Source: Lama guanicoe
Taxonomy: Eukaryota
Length of the DNA stretch: 64,000 bases
Assembly: GCA_013239625.1 (NCBI GenBank)
Contig: MU054323.1
Coordinates: 1,054,001 to 1,118,000 of the forward strand
Reading direction: 5' to 3'
Part shown: piece by piece, positions 50,461-62,939 of the stretch
Numbering within the stretch: position 1 is the first letter of the stretch
Layout: the number at the start of each line of letters is the position of its first letter
The notes under the pieces: model-generated
Seen by the model: only the letters and a program-made list of their open reading frames with translations
Told to the model about the DNA's origin: nothing
The model's database searches: none
Translations under genes and position numbers: made by a program

Positions 50461-51999
50461 TCAAAGGATCCAGAGTCGATCTACCGCATGTAAGCATTTC
50501 ATATTGCAGATAAACATAATTTTTCCTTTTCCTTCTTTCTTTCTTCCTTTCTTTCTCTTTCTCTTTCTCCTTCATCCTTTCTTTCTGCCAAAAATTCAAA
50601 GTTCAAAGTTCATAAAGTTCAAAGACATAAACTGGCCACAAAGGAAGATTTACTGTTTGAAGAGAACAAATTCAGATCCTACAATACGCCTGCCCTTCTC
50701 TTGGGCACGTCTCTGGATGGTTTACGGGTATTGTTCACAGTCAAAAATCCACCTGTCTAGTGGGGCCTTAACCTTGTTATAACCATCTCTCTTAGGCTCA
50801 CAAAAATAGACCTAATTTCAAATACCATGTCACTATGTTCTCTGTACTTATAAACCACCGACTTGTCCCTCACACATCAACATTTTAAATTCCACAGTAT
50901 ATTTTCAAGATTGTTTCACTATCCAAACAGGCACCAAAATCCATGCTTCACTTCCTGGGTCAGAAAGTGTGGTTCTCTGGCTAAAATCTCTCTAATACAG
51001 ATGAGAAAAATGAGGCTCCCAGAAGTGACAGGCCCATAGGTGGACTCTTCTGCTTTCACAAAGTAAAACTTACTGGATTCAAGTTTTCCATAGAGCAAAT
51101 GTCCTCTTATAAAGCATTAATGGAAACAAAAAGAATATCAAATAAGATACTGTGAATATAAACAATGTTTTGGTATTTTTACAGCTGTCTGGATAATAGA
51201 TGCTAGGCGGGATGAATAATAGATCTGCACATCCGAATCCCAAGAAGCATATCGCTCTGATTCTCCAAGGCCCCAGCTTATATTGCAGAATATCATATAC
51301 CTTGAACCCTGGCTCTGTTCAGCAAAAGCAGAATTGTTCAATACACCAGCAAATTATAAAAGCTATTTTTCATGAAGTATTTTTACTACTTGGTATTTAA
51401 AGCTATTCAAGAAGAGTGAAAGTCAAACACCCAAATGTTACAGGTTTCTTCTGAAATAACTCACATTTATTGACCCCTTGGATTAAGGTGGAACCATTCA
51501 ATCTTACCAGGAATTTGGAAATCCAAAGAGGAATATGGAAGCTGGATAGAAGCACATTCACTTACTAAACAGAACTATCCCTGCTCTTACTTGACTGTTG
51601 ACACCTAAATCTATTCATCCTGTAAGCACAGAGGAAGTCTACAGTGTAATCTCCCTGAGAGAGATAAAAAAATAAAAACAGAGATAGACTTATTTATATT
51701 AAAGGGTGAATGACTACACTGGTCATAACATTCCTTTATGATCTAGGGAAAGGGAAGCAACCTCTTATGAGCTTCTATAACCTCTTCTATCATTCCCACC
51801 CCTGCCAAATATAGCCACCACCTCCCCCTGCTTGTTCTTGAAAAGAAGGCGGTAATTTTTTTGTGTGTGGCTGAAAGAATATATCTCTTCCAGGTACACA
51901 ATGTCTGAATTCTGTTTCTTGAAACTCAAGTCTAACTCTTAAGACAAATACTTCGAGGATACGGTTCTGTCCTTAGTAGGTGGGTGTTTTTACTTCTAG

Positions 52000-52041
52000 A
52001 TGTCACTATTTGAAAAAGAGTAGACATTTCTGATGGACAAG
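52000..52041 (+). other. Candidate non-coding exon (42 nt; alternative acceptor at 51894)
   Basis: Acceptor gtttttacttctag|A, donor AAG|gtgagt; stops in all three frames. Confidence 0.25.
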
Positions 52042-52499
52042 GTGAGTCTTCAAATTAGAGTATATTCAGCCTAGATGATCTGCTTAAACTCTCACCAAAC
52101 ATACTACTTTCAAGCCTGTTTCTACCTCACCTGGAGATAACTTTTCTCTCTCTCTCACCAAGAACCAAAACTCAAAACACACCTGCTCTACCTCAAACTT
52201 CAATAATGTATTCTTTTCCATATAAGTTCTTGTTTGTTCCTCTCATCTAGGTAAATCTTTCTCTTTTGCAGCTGTCTCATCTTCATACTGAGATATTAAA
52301 AACCCAAGAGGTCTGGTGGTACACCATCATTTGCCATGTCCCCAGCCAGCCTTTCATCCACTTGTTAGTAAATATGCATTAATCATTGCTCTTTACTAGG
52401 CACTGGGTGAAGCTCAGCTACTATAAAGTGCTATAGGGTAACCTCTCTCTTCACCAGGGACTCATAGTTGCATAACAGGTCTCATGACATAGAGGATAA

Positions 52500-53560
52500 G
52501 TATCTATTAAGTGTCAAGTTCTGCTCTAGGTGCTAGGAGATTGGCAGTGAACAAAAGAAATAAAATCCCTGCTCTTGCAGAGTTTATATTCTAGTGAAAA
52601 CCTTTACAATACAAATTATAAAAATGTTAGAAAGTATTGAGTTCGATGGAGGAGGAAAAAAAACTAGGAAGGGGCATAGAAGAAATTAGAGAAGTGCAAA
52701 CTTACATAAGGCCTGGGGGGAAAAAAAAAGCCTCACTGAGGTGGTGACATTGGAGCAAACATCTAAAGCAAGAGCAAGCTAAGGGGATCTGTAGGTGAAG
52801 AATGTTCCGGAAGAGGAAACAATGCCTGCAAAGGCTCTGAGACAGGGGCAGGATTAGTGCATTTGATGAAAAATAAGGAAGCCAATGAGGTTGGGTCAGG
52901 ATGAGCAAAGGAAGAGAACAGACCATGTATAGCTTTTATTACCATTACAAGTGACTTTTAGTCTGAGTAAGATGGGGCTTCACTGGGATGATTTGAGCAG
53001 AAGAGTAGCAAGATCCATCCTTAGCTTTGAAAGGCTCCTTCAGCAGAGCAGCTGAGGAGAGACTTCAAAACAAGACTGAAAGTAGAGATTTTTTAAGAGA
53101 TTACTGCAGTAATCTAGGGAAGGATGGGTAACAGCTAGGATTTAAGTGATAGAAATGCAGGCGGTGAGAAATGGTTAAATTCTGGATGTATTTTATAAGT
53201 GGAACCAATATGATTTCAATATAGATGGGTGTGGAGTGTGAGAAAGAGTCTAGGATGACTCTGAGTGTTTGGCTTGAGCTAGTAGAAAGATGGTGTTTCC
53301 ATTTACTATGATGATAAAGTTTGCAAGCAGAATATCTAAGGTGGGGATGGGAGAAAATCAGTAGTTCAATTTTGGATTTGTTACTCATCCCAGTGGAAAT
53401 GTCAAGCAGGCAATTGGACAAGTGAAACTGAGTTGAGGGGAGAGATCTATGCTGAAGAGTTACATTTGGAAGTTGTTGGCATTTGGGTGGAATTTAAGGA
53501 ATGGGTCTTGATGACATCATCATGGGAGTGAGTGTACATAGAAGAGAGAAGAACTTGTCC
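52500..53560 (-). mobile_element. L2a-type LINE, 3' end plus RT region (continues at ~54770-54935)
   Basis: ORF 53101..53421 begins SNCLLDISTGMSNKSKIELLIF and has LRVILDSFS, matching L2 ORF2; 3' terminus at ~52500. Confidence 0.9.
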
Positions 53561-53609
53561 AGCTCCCAGAGCTACATTGCCTCAGGTATATACCTCATCT
53601 TATACCTGT

Positions 53610-54605
53610 CTTTAATCCATTGCAAACTGATATTATTGTAAAAGAAAACAAAAGTAAATTACTGGAAAGGGAAATGAAATTAAAATAAAGACGTACAAAA
53701 AAAGTCCACATTTTTATTATTAGATTCAGCAGACATAAGACTCCATTTTAATATAATCAGAAAAAAATACAATGGAGAAAATATGGCCCAAACTGTGTGT
53801 TATTCATTGAAATTTTGCATATAGGCAATTAATAAGAGCATTGCACTTATAACTTTTTATCCTTTTGCAGTTATAGCTAAAACATTATGAAATGAAATAG
53901 TGATTCCTCATTTTCGAAATCTCTACATACATTGTGGACATACACTGTAGATATCTATGTCTAACTTTTTGAAGTGATAAATGGGCTAGCTTTTTGTTTG
54001 TTAATATATCTACTTTAGGTTGAAACGATGACAACAGTATTTGTTGAGAGCATTGTACAGCTAGATTGTTGCTATGTTTTGTTTTAACATTACTCATGGT
54101 AGAAGAGGCAGGTTGATGGGAACGGAAGAAATTTTACAGCAATTTCTGCCAGCCGAGAATATTCATTTTTCAATTTTATCCAAAATGAAACAAAGGAAGT
54201 CATATTTTTCATATTCATCTTCAATCCTTCATTAGTAGTCAGTTTCAACAACTTATCTGATAAAATTTAAGTTGATTTAAATTATCTTTCAACAAAAGAA
54301 ATGGATTCAAAATTTATGTACCTTTCAGTTGACTAATTAAACTTAAAATACCAGGTGTGGCAACATGGTCCCATTGTGTATGCCAGGCACTCAGCTCACA
54401 TCAGGTGTGACTCATCCTACCAATTCAAAGATGCCCAAACTGTACCCACGCAGACTATGAATGATGAGAAGAGTCCAACAACTGCGGGTGTGGTTGTAGT
54501 AGCAATAGCACACTGCTCTCAGTGCTTCTAGATATGTTCTCTTGATCTCTGTTCTTACTTTGTCATGAACTGGTATCAGTTTGCAGACCAGCACTGTCCA
54601 CGTTA
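53610..54605 (-). mobile_element. Charlie1-family hAT transposon deletion derivative with transposase C-terminal remnant
   Basis: Minus strand encodes FWIKLKNEYSRLAEIAVKFLPFPSTCL then (frameshift) KTKHSNNL...LLSSFQPKVDILTNKKLAHLS, the hAT dimerisation domain; Charlie1-like 5' end at 54350-54605. Confidence 0.88.
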
Positions 54606-55764
54606 AGGTCAATCATGATACAGAAGAGCAGGGCACTGCCTAACTCCAGGATTCCCAAGTGTACCAGGTATGCAGCTGTCCCTGTGAATGTGACCCCTGG
54701 TGACAATCTATGTAGTCCTAAGAGCTCTAAGAACCAAACACCCAGAGATTGCAACTTTTGGAGCTCAGGTTGATGAGAACTCCATGAAGCCGAATGACAG
54801 ACAGGATGGGTCAAGCCAGGAGGCTGTGGTGACCTAGAAGGCAAGTCATCTACTAGGTCAAATGCTGCTGACCAGTGAAGTAGAAGGAGGCCAAGAAATG
54901 ACCTATAGAATTTGCAGCTTGGTCACTGATGACTAAATGGGGAAATGTACAGCATGATTAGGAAGCTGAGAGAAGGGTACTACAGATCAGTTCCAAACTG
55001 CATTCTTCCAGAGGAGTTATTTATGTGATCTGAGTGTTTTATGAGTCTTTACCACTTTGACAATGGAGGGATGAAAAGCTCCCCAGAAAGAGGCAACATC
55101 ACATACAAGACTATAAATTCACAGAACCTAAACAGCCTACTCAAACCCAAGGTAAGGCCAACAGCATGTTCAGATGGAATTCTTTCTGCCTGTCTGAAGC
55201 GCTTAGGGTCTCTGATGCCAAGATGCCCCTGACTCGCATGCACCTTGCTTTGCTGATATTCTTAGGCTGGGCCTGTGGGAGTGCTGTCCTCCTGGTGTGC
55301 CCAGCATGGAACTTGGCACCTAGCACATATCTAACTTATATTGACTTCCATAACAATAAAGTCGAATGAGTGGAGTCACATGGCCCAACACTGCTTCTGT
55401 CCTCTCTTCACCTGGAAAGGTGGGTGTGGGCTGGACCCCATGGCCCCAGAGGTCCTTTGCAGCATGGGCGGTGGCGATGCCTCATTTCTGTCCTTTATCT
55501 AATTATTTGTGGAGGTGTGGGCTCGACTATCTTGACATTTAAATGCTGAGTAATTTCTTTAAAATACGCACACTGTCACAGGACGAAGGCAGTTTGCACT
55601 GTGTTCTACACAGCAGTGTAAATGAAGCCACAACAGCATGTAGGGACTGGACTAGGTCAGGGTCAGGAGGCTTCTGAGGTCTCAGAAGGCACAATTTGAT
55701 ATGCTCAAATGTTTTGTGAGTCCCTAAGTGATATACACAGCTTGAGATCATTCATTGGGTGAAC

Positions 55765-55909
55765 CTGAAAAGAGAAAAAGAAAGAGGGTTCCGAGAGGGT
55801 GTGAGAGAGCGGGGCTGGTGGGGGAGCTCCAGGGGAGTGCCTGCCATGGCCTTGAGTGGAAGAGAAGAGGGGCGGCAAATCTCTCTCTCTTCTGGATTCT
55901 GATACTTAC
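55765..55909 (-). other. Candidate 145-nt GT-AG intron
   Basis: Donor GT|GTAAGT (55909-55904), branch-like CTCAC, ~20-nt pure pyrimidine tract CCCTCTTTCTTTTTCTCTTTTCAG|G. Confidence 0.55.
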
Positions 55910-55946
55910 ACGCAGCCCCACCTTGTTTGACCCTCGAATATAAAAT
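55910..55946 (-). other. Candidate 37-nt exon (or 3' end of a first exon)
   Basis: Acceptor acatttctctag|A at 55947/55946 and the donor above; all three frames are open across the exon. Confidence 0.4.
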
Positions 55947-56029
55947 CTAGAGAAATGTATCTAGTCTTCAGTAAAAAGCAGGAGATAGCTGTCCCGCTGG
56001 GAAAGAGGAGGGACAAGAATTCTCAGCAG

Positions 56030-56440
56030 CCCTAATTCCGGGCCCAGCCCAAACCTACTGAAACCAGTGAAAAAGAGCCACCCCCAAGGGTGACTGCTAG
56101 AATCAGGCGTGTGGAGGGGACCGTCAGACTGTGCAGAGGAGCGTGTCCTTGTAGCAGCGCTGTGCTAGGCGCAGCGACGCGTGGAGCACTCAGCACCACT
56201 TCGTCACAGCGGGGCCTGGGAGTGGGGCGGACTCCTGCGACATGGAGGGTGCTGGTCCTGCAGTGCCTAAGGCCACCTTGCATCTGGATCAGGGGGATTC
56301 AGAGTGCCGATAAACCAGTCAGCTGGGAGCATGCCAGGGGGGCAAACGCGCCCAGTACTGTCCCACATTTCTGTGGCCTGGGGAGATACTTGTTACCCAG
56401 GACTCGGATTTCCCTTTAAAGGGCCCAACGAAGCCGAGCA
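56030..56440. promoter_or_regulatory. CpG-enriched GC-rich patch (weak CpG-island-like element)
   Basis: About 19 CpGs in ~400 bp by eye against a CpG-depleted background; GC box GGGGCGG near 56224; not a recognisable repeat. Confidence 0.45.
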
Positions 56441-56749
56441 GGAGAGGCTTCAAGAAAAAGCAAGTGCATCCAGCTCAGGGTTCATTATCAGATCTACGTT
56501 TGCCTTGCAGGGATGGATCATTGAACCCTGGGGAACAGAAACGGCTCCAGTGGACTCTTTCAGATATTGCTCTCACTTTTCCACATCTATTTGCTTAAGG
56601 ATTTTTTTTGAGAAACAGTTGACACCAGTCTCTGGTGATTTCAAAAGTTCTGTCCTGTTCTGATGCTTTGTGGTTCTATTTGAGATGCCTTTGTCAATGA
56701 AATTAGACAACAGAATAAGTAGGTTCCACTATTTTCTTCCAAGCAGGTA

Positions 56750-58700
56750 TTCACTGTTCATCTTGTAGACATTTCCTGAGCAAATACTCCATGCCAGGTA
56801 CCATGCTAGACATTGAAAACAGTGAAGACTGGGACTCGGAGACTCACGATGAAGACTTTATTCAAGCACAAAGAGAGAAAACAGATACAAGCATGGTTTT
56901 CAGCACACATTGTGTTAACTGCAATGCTAGAGCGATGTGCATGGTACTGTGTGAGCTTTGAGCAAGTAATTAACTGTCATTGAGAAAGGGGAGTGTGAGG
57001 GAAGGATGCACAGAGGAGGAGGTATGTGAGCTGCATCCAGAAGAAAGAGATCTCAGCAGGTGCTGATTTGGGGAAACAGAGGTGGAATTGGGAGAAAATT
57101 CTACACATGGGGATTGGTATATGCAAAGCAATGGCCTGAAATCTTCATAGATACTTGTGCTAATTAATGAGGACTAACCACCATGGACTTGGACTGATCA
57201 ACTGCCAAATGTCCAGGACCCAGTCTTCCAGTTCCACAGAAGCGACAAAACAGGGCCAGATAAAAGAATGAATAGATTGGAGCTGGTAGGCTCCAGGCCT
57301 AGAACCTACCTGTTTCATCACTGTCAATGCTCCAGTCTCTGAATTACCCTCTTCTGGGCAATAGGGGCAAGCATAGAGAAGTTGAAATAGCCAAGAATAT
57401 GAAAAGCAGAGACATTTTCACGCTGAAGCAAATTATAGGCTGATTGTATTACGGGGGATCAGAGTTGCTATTTTGCTTTTGGCAAATCTGTAAGAGGAAA
57501 TGAATCTCTTATGGATTGAAAAGATGGGGATAAATTAAAAGAAAAAAGAGAGATTTGGCTTTTCTCAAGCCACAGAGCACACAGCTGAGAAGCTAAGAGT
57601 GAGAGACTGGCAGGAAATAAAGTTGGAGACAGAAGCAAAAGTCAGAATAAGGCTGCACGTAGTATGCCGAAGAGCACAGACTTCACTCTGCACGACTGAG
57701 AGCTTTTGAAGAATTTTAAGCAGAGGACTGACATCACCACATTTGTGCTTCAGGAATATCACCTGGGTCTCCGCGCAGCTGGATGGATGTGAGGATAAAG
57801 AATGGAATCAGTGAAATGAGACTCCTCAATGTTGTTTCTGTAAACCAGGCAAGATATAACTGATAGCTAATTCAGTCACCGGGACTTTAAAGGGTAAAAT
57901 TTTGTGTCTGACCCAATGTTCAGGGTAACCATGAACAAATCATGGACGACTCTGAGGTTTCTCGACTAGGAATCTACATACAGACTAATCTTATTCACCG
58001 AGCTAGGGAGCACAGGATGGGGAGCCCCTCTGGGCAGAGCAGCGTGCAAGTAGATGAGGCCAGGCAGTCATGCTGATCTGAGACTCACAGGGTACCCAGG
58101 TGGGGAAGTCCAAACGTCCAGGGTTGGTGCTCAGAAGGGAAATGCAGACACACAGAACACAGAGATTAGGGAGACTTAGAATGACGGGGTAGTGAGGAAG
58201 CCAGGCAAGGAGGGAGTCTCACATAGGACATCATCGTGAGAAAATGATACAGGAAAGAACCCAAAGTGGGTGGTGCCCTGAAAGTAGGAGGAGTTAAGTT
58301 TGGAACTGCAAGAGCGGTCAAAAGTATTAAGGACAGCATCAAGGGCAGAAGGTCAGAGAAGGAAAAGCCTCTTCTGCCGACTCTGAGGTCATTGCTGAGC
58401 TTGGCTTGGGCAGTTTTAGCCAGAATTATGAGGACACGAGAGCTGGATTAAAGTTAACTAGGCTTGAACGGGAAGAGGGGAGGCAATCACGAGGGGAAGG
58501 AAGCGATGTAGCTGCGGCTGGTGCGGAATGCTGAGCTGCAGACAAGATTGGCGAACGTTTTTTCTTTTTTTTAGGATGGAAAAGACTTGTGTACATTATC
58601 AGATGTGTATATTGTCATATCTGTGTTTTATCAAGTGGGGCTTTAGACAGAGCCGAATCCTGCAGGAGCAAGTTCCAGAGCACAGGCAAGGGGACTTCTC
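56750..58700 (-). mobile_element. L2 fragments (~56750-57140 and ~57560-58700)
   Basis: catttcctgagcaaatactccatgccaggtaccatgctag; ttgaagaattttaagcagaggactgacatcacc; gacgactctgaggtttctcgact; gaggtcattgctgagcttgg. Confidence 0.7.
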
Positions 58701-60814
58701 CGCGTGAGAGAGAAGGAAGAGAAGGACGACTGTGTGCACTTGGGGATGAATTTAACAGGGTGGGAGACAGAAGGCGGACGGATGCCCACGCGATTCCCTC
58801 TATTTTCTAAATTAGTTACAAGCTGACCAACAAATAAGTCTTCCATTTTCCACTAACTTTTATCCTGATCTTATAAAGTAAGAATCACAAAATAGCACAG
58901 AAGCCTTTGCAATTTACTTTTTATGCAATTGTACCTGAGGAGCCTTCATCAAGAACAGCAGGTTGGTAAGAGTGAGTAAAACAAACATTTCAGATATTTG
59001 GTGAAAGCAAAGTTCCATGTCCTGATGTCGACCCAAAGCAAGCTTGTGCACGCACGTGCACACACACACAACTCCGAGACGCTGGCAGAAACTACAAGCC
59101 CCGTAATTAAATGTTGAGAACGACTGACCTCTACCAAAAATGAATCTGAGCAAACCAGCAGTTTCCAATCAGGCTGAGCCTTGGCCTTAGCTCTTGCTTT
59201 CTCCAAAACGCTTTCCTGAGCAGGAATCAGTAATAATCATAATGATAAAAAATCGATTCAAATTTAATCAGGAAGTAGTCCAGCAGAGCGTCTCCTGGGC
59301 AGGAAGTGGGTCTTTTCCATTTCCTTGTTCCCAGGGGCAAGCCCAAATGAATGTACTTTATGAACATAGGTTCACTGAAGAATGAATAATTTATAAAACT
59401 AGTTTTTCAGTAACTCTGCCAAGATATGATAAAGTCTATTTAGGTGAAGCAGCGGGCAGAGATTTTAGAAATATTAGAAGGTATATGGAGCAAATAAGGG
59501 GGGGGGAATTAACAATGACTACAGGGTTTGGCACATTGGGACAGGCTGAGTGAGATTATTTCCCCTCATCTAATTTCCAATGACTACGAGGCAACTTCAT
59601 TCAATATTAATTTCATTGGCACTTATGCATTTAGATCCTTTTTCTCTGGGAGCTCTGAGTGTGTCCCATGTATCAGAGATGACCCTTAGGGCAGTGGTTC
59701 AGCCACCTCTGTCTGAAAGTCTCCCCAAGGGATCATTCTTGCCGTGCAGTCTTATCTGTGGTAAAATAAAACCCAGGTTGATCTTGTACTTAATCATGAG
59801 AATGCCTGAAGGCGTGCAAGTAGCAGGGACTGAATAAAGACAGACTATGCTTATTATTAATTTGAGGAATAGTTTAATTATATTTTATGTTCAGGCAAAA
59901 TATAGGTAGCTTTCATTAAATTTTCCTTTGTTTACCTGTGTTTCTGTACAAGATTTGTTAACAGTGAAATTTTTGTTAAATTCTATGTTAAATTCCCCCC
60001 TCTCAAGCATTTTTACAACTTAAAACGGATAGAGTAGTGGAATCTTTTAAGGAGTTCTCCTAGGCTGTGAGCCTAAAACACCCTAGTTCCCTGGAACCGT
60101 CTACCCCATTCATGTAAGTGAGCTGCTCACAGTCAAGTCACGTGGAAGACCCTGTCCCCACGGCCAAGGCTGACGAGGCTGAGGGTGGACATCTAATACA
60201 ACCTGGACAGACCCCCGTCTGCATTTTAGGAATTTGGAGTTGTGGCTAGAGATTTCAATCCCAGTATGGTCCTGGCGTCTGGAACAGAGAAGATATAAAC
60301 TTCAAAGCTGTGGGGCAGACACCTTCTGCCATCTCCACTGAGTCACAGGGAAAGCCAGTCAGCAGGGAGAGGAAAGAGAAGTGAAGAGAGAAGCAGGCAA
60401 GAGAGCGAGGGAGAGCCCCCCTCACCTTCCATTTACTCCATTTCCTCATTCCAGAGGATCACGTCTCCTTTTTGATTTAGCAGGCTTTTACCCGCAGTCA
60501 CAGCACCCTTCCCCAAAACACAGTTCTTCTAACTCTTCTCAGCCACCCACATAGGGTTTCCCAGTGCCGGGCACATACTTCCCTTAAAATCAGCAGAAAT
60601 TTCTTTAAACTCATTCACTCACAATAGACACAACATCAATAAAAACGGACCTCATTACCCAAACAGTTTCATTCTGAGGAGGAAAAGTTCCCTCAAAAGC
60701 TTTGACTGAATGCATTTTGACAATGAAATTATATCAGACTGTTTGACAGAATTCAGTTTGGATGTCTTCTGCAGAGTTTCAATTGTGTGTATGTATGTGT
60801 GTGTGTTTCCACGC

Positions 60815-60888
60815 TCAGAGGCACTTGCAACATCCTGTTACGTAAAATAGGGCCCTCGCTAACCCAAAACGGACATCTGCAGTGCGAG
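60815..60888 (-). other. Candidate terminal exon (coding part) of an unidentified minus-strand gene
   Basis: Acceptor tctactgattttctcag|C. Phase 1 gives xRTADVRFGLARALFYVTGCCKCL*, phase 0 gives LALQMSVLG*. Locally CpG-retaining and followed by ~2 kb of repeat-free UTR-like sequence. Protein not recognised. Confidence 0.3.
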
Positions 60889-61959
60889 CTGAGAAAATCA
60901 GTAGACTCAGCTGTCAAAATCAAGTCTGTCAAACTAGCACCACAGTTCAGCATTTCAGCCAAATGCATATATTTCCTTAGCTTGGAGAATCAATATTTTG
61001 GGGCATTTTCCAGCTTAGGATGGTTAAAGCTATCTAAATATGTGTTGTGTGGTTCACAAAATCCAGAGAGGTAGCAACAGTCCATAAAGCCAGCATGAAC
61101 CCTTCCAGGAATGGCAAGCTCATTACCTCATAAAGCACCCCATTTCCTTAAGTGAGACAACACATTGCCTTCCAATAACATCCTCTACTTAATACATGCA
61201 GAAACACTAAATAATAAACTCATAGGTTTTTAAGAATTAAAGTTAAATGCTTTATCAAAATTATTTCTGGAGTAAAATTCAAAACAGTAGCTCTAATAGG
61301 GCTGATTTTTTGATTACTTGTGTAATAATTTATTCACTATGCCTCCTTCATAAGACTGTAAAAACTATCTGCCTATATTTTGTCTATGTTGACAGATACC
61401 ATGTCTCTTTCTCTTTCTTTCTTTTAGTAGCTAATCAAAATTGAAGTGTTAGTCATAGCCGAAAGTTCCATGGGCAAAAATTAGAAAAACTCTTCTAATA
61501 TATTTTACAGCAGGAAAATTTTATGAAATGTAGGATGTGAATTCATTTTAATGTGTTTGGTATGATGAGGGGGTGGAGCCTTCAAAAATAAGAATATCCA
61601 AGCACTAAAGGATGCCTTTAAAATGCTCTGGGAAGGCAGGAGGTTCTATTCTTTGTTGCTCAACAACATCCATACAAATTGATGTGACCTTCAGAAGCCA
61701 ATGCTGAAGAAGACAGGGGAAGCAGAAGATTTTAGCCTCAGGGAAAAGTACATGGCATCCAGACGCAGGAAGCAAGGGGGCCCCAGCTGTGCGTTGGCTG
61801 GTGAGGACCCTTATGAGAAGAGCTGAAGCCTGGCAAGGTACCTGCAACTTGCCCCAACCCCTTAGGGGCTGAAGCATGAGTTAAGTCAGATTATTGTTGT
61901 TGATAGTTTTCTCAGTTAATTTCTTCATTGACACTTAAGAAAAATGTATTCATGCAACT

Positions 61960-62390
61960 AATATTTATTTATCATGCCTACTATGTGCCAGATAACGTGC
62001 CAGATCCTGAACATTATTTCTTCCATCATAGTGTTTACAGTCTGAGAGGTTGCAGAAGTACACAAATAATGCTATAATTACTAAAAGTACACAAATAATG
62101 CTGTAATGTGAGGAGGCTTCTGATGGTAATAAACCCAGTGCAGTAACAGAAATAGGCAGAGTGTCAGAGGAAATCTCTCAAGGAAGGGATACATAAGCCT
62201 GGAAGATGAGAAGCAGTCAGCCAGAACAAATGGGATGACGAGTAGTAGCCTGGACAGAGGGGCCATCTGGCATGAGAACCTCTATTCTAGGACCCAGAGG
62301 GGCCAGCATTGGCAAGGCAGGCAGGGGTCAAGTCATTGAGATGCTGACAAAAAACTGAATTTTCTTCTAAGTGCAACGGGAGCCCACGTC
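61960..62390 (-). mobile_element. L2 3' end
   Basis: atatttatttatcatgcctactatgtgccagataacgtgc...gtttacagtct...gtgtcagaggaaatctc. Confidence 0.75.
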
Positions 62391-62939
62391 TCTCTTTCCT
62401 GGTTCCTGGCACATAGTTGCCACTCAATAATTTGTTTGATGGAGAATGTGTTAATGAGATCAGTTTCTTACCCTTTATTAGCCCCCTAAAGAAATGAGAC
62501 TTGGTCCATGTCTCAGAAGCCCATAAGGAAAGGAGAAGGCAAAACAAAAACATCTGAATGTGGAGCAATCATGTTGGGCAGCAGGTGGGCAAAGCACTAG
62601 GAGTGAAGTTTCACTATTTGTATTTACCGAGATCCACTCTCCAGGCCTCTTCTAGAACAATCTCCGTTATATCACTCAGTTCTCACAGAAACTATAACAA
62701 AGGTAGGTGTTATTTTATCCACGTGTAATAGACACCGAACAAAGGCTTAAGCAGTTACGTAGCCCGCCTGTCACTTGGTGAATGCGTCACCATCAGTATT
62801 TGAAGCCAGGATTGTCAGCTTCTAAACACCTGATCTTTTCAAGACACCAGAGAAAAGTAAAGGATACGGAGGAAAGTAATCAAGAGAAGCCTTGTGGCAA
62901 AGGATGGTTTGGAGCAGGTTTGACAAGACGAGGTATTTA

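Noticed and set aside
56188..56345. REST-like (CTCAGCACC) and CTCF-like (GCCAGGGGGGCA) motifs
   Set aside because: The REST right half is poorly matched and mis-spaced; the CTCF-like site has one G too many and lacks the 5' CC.
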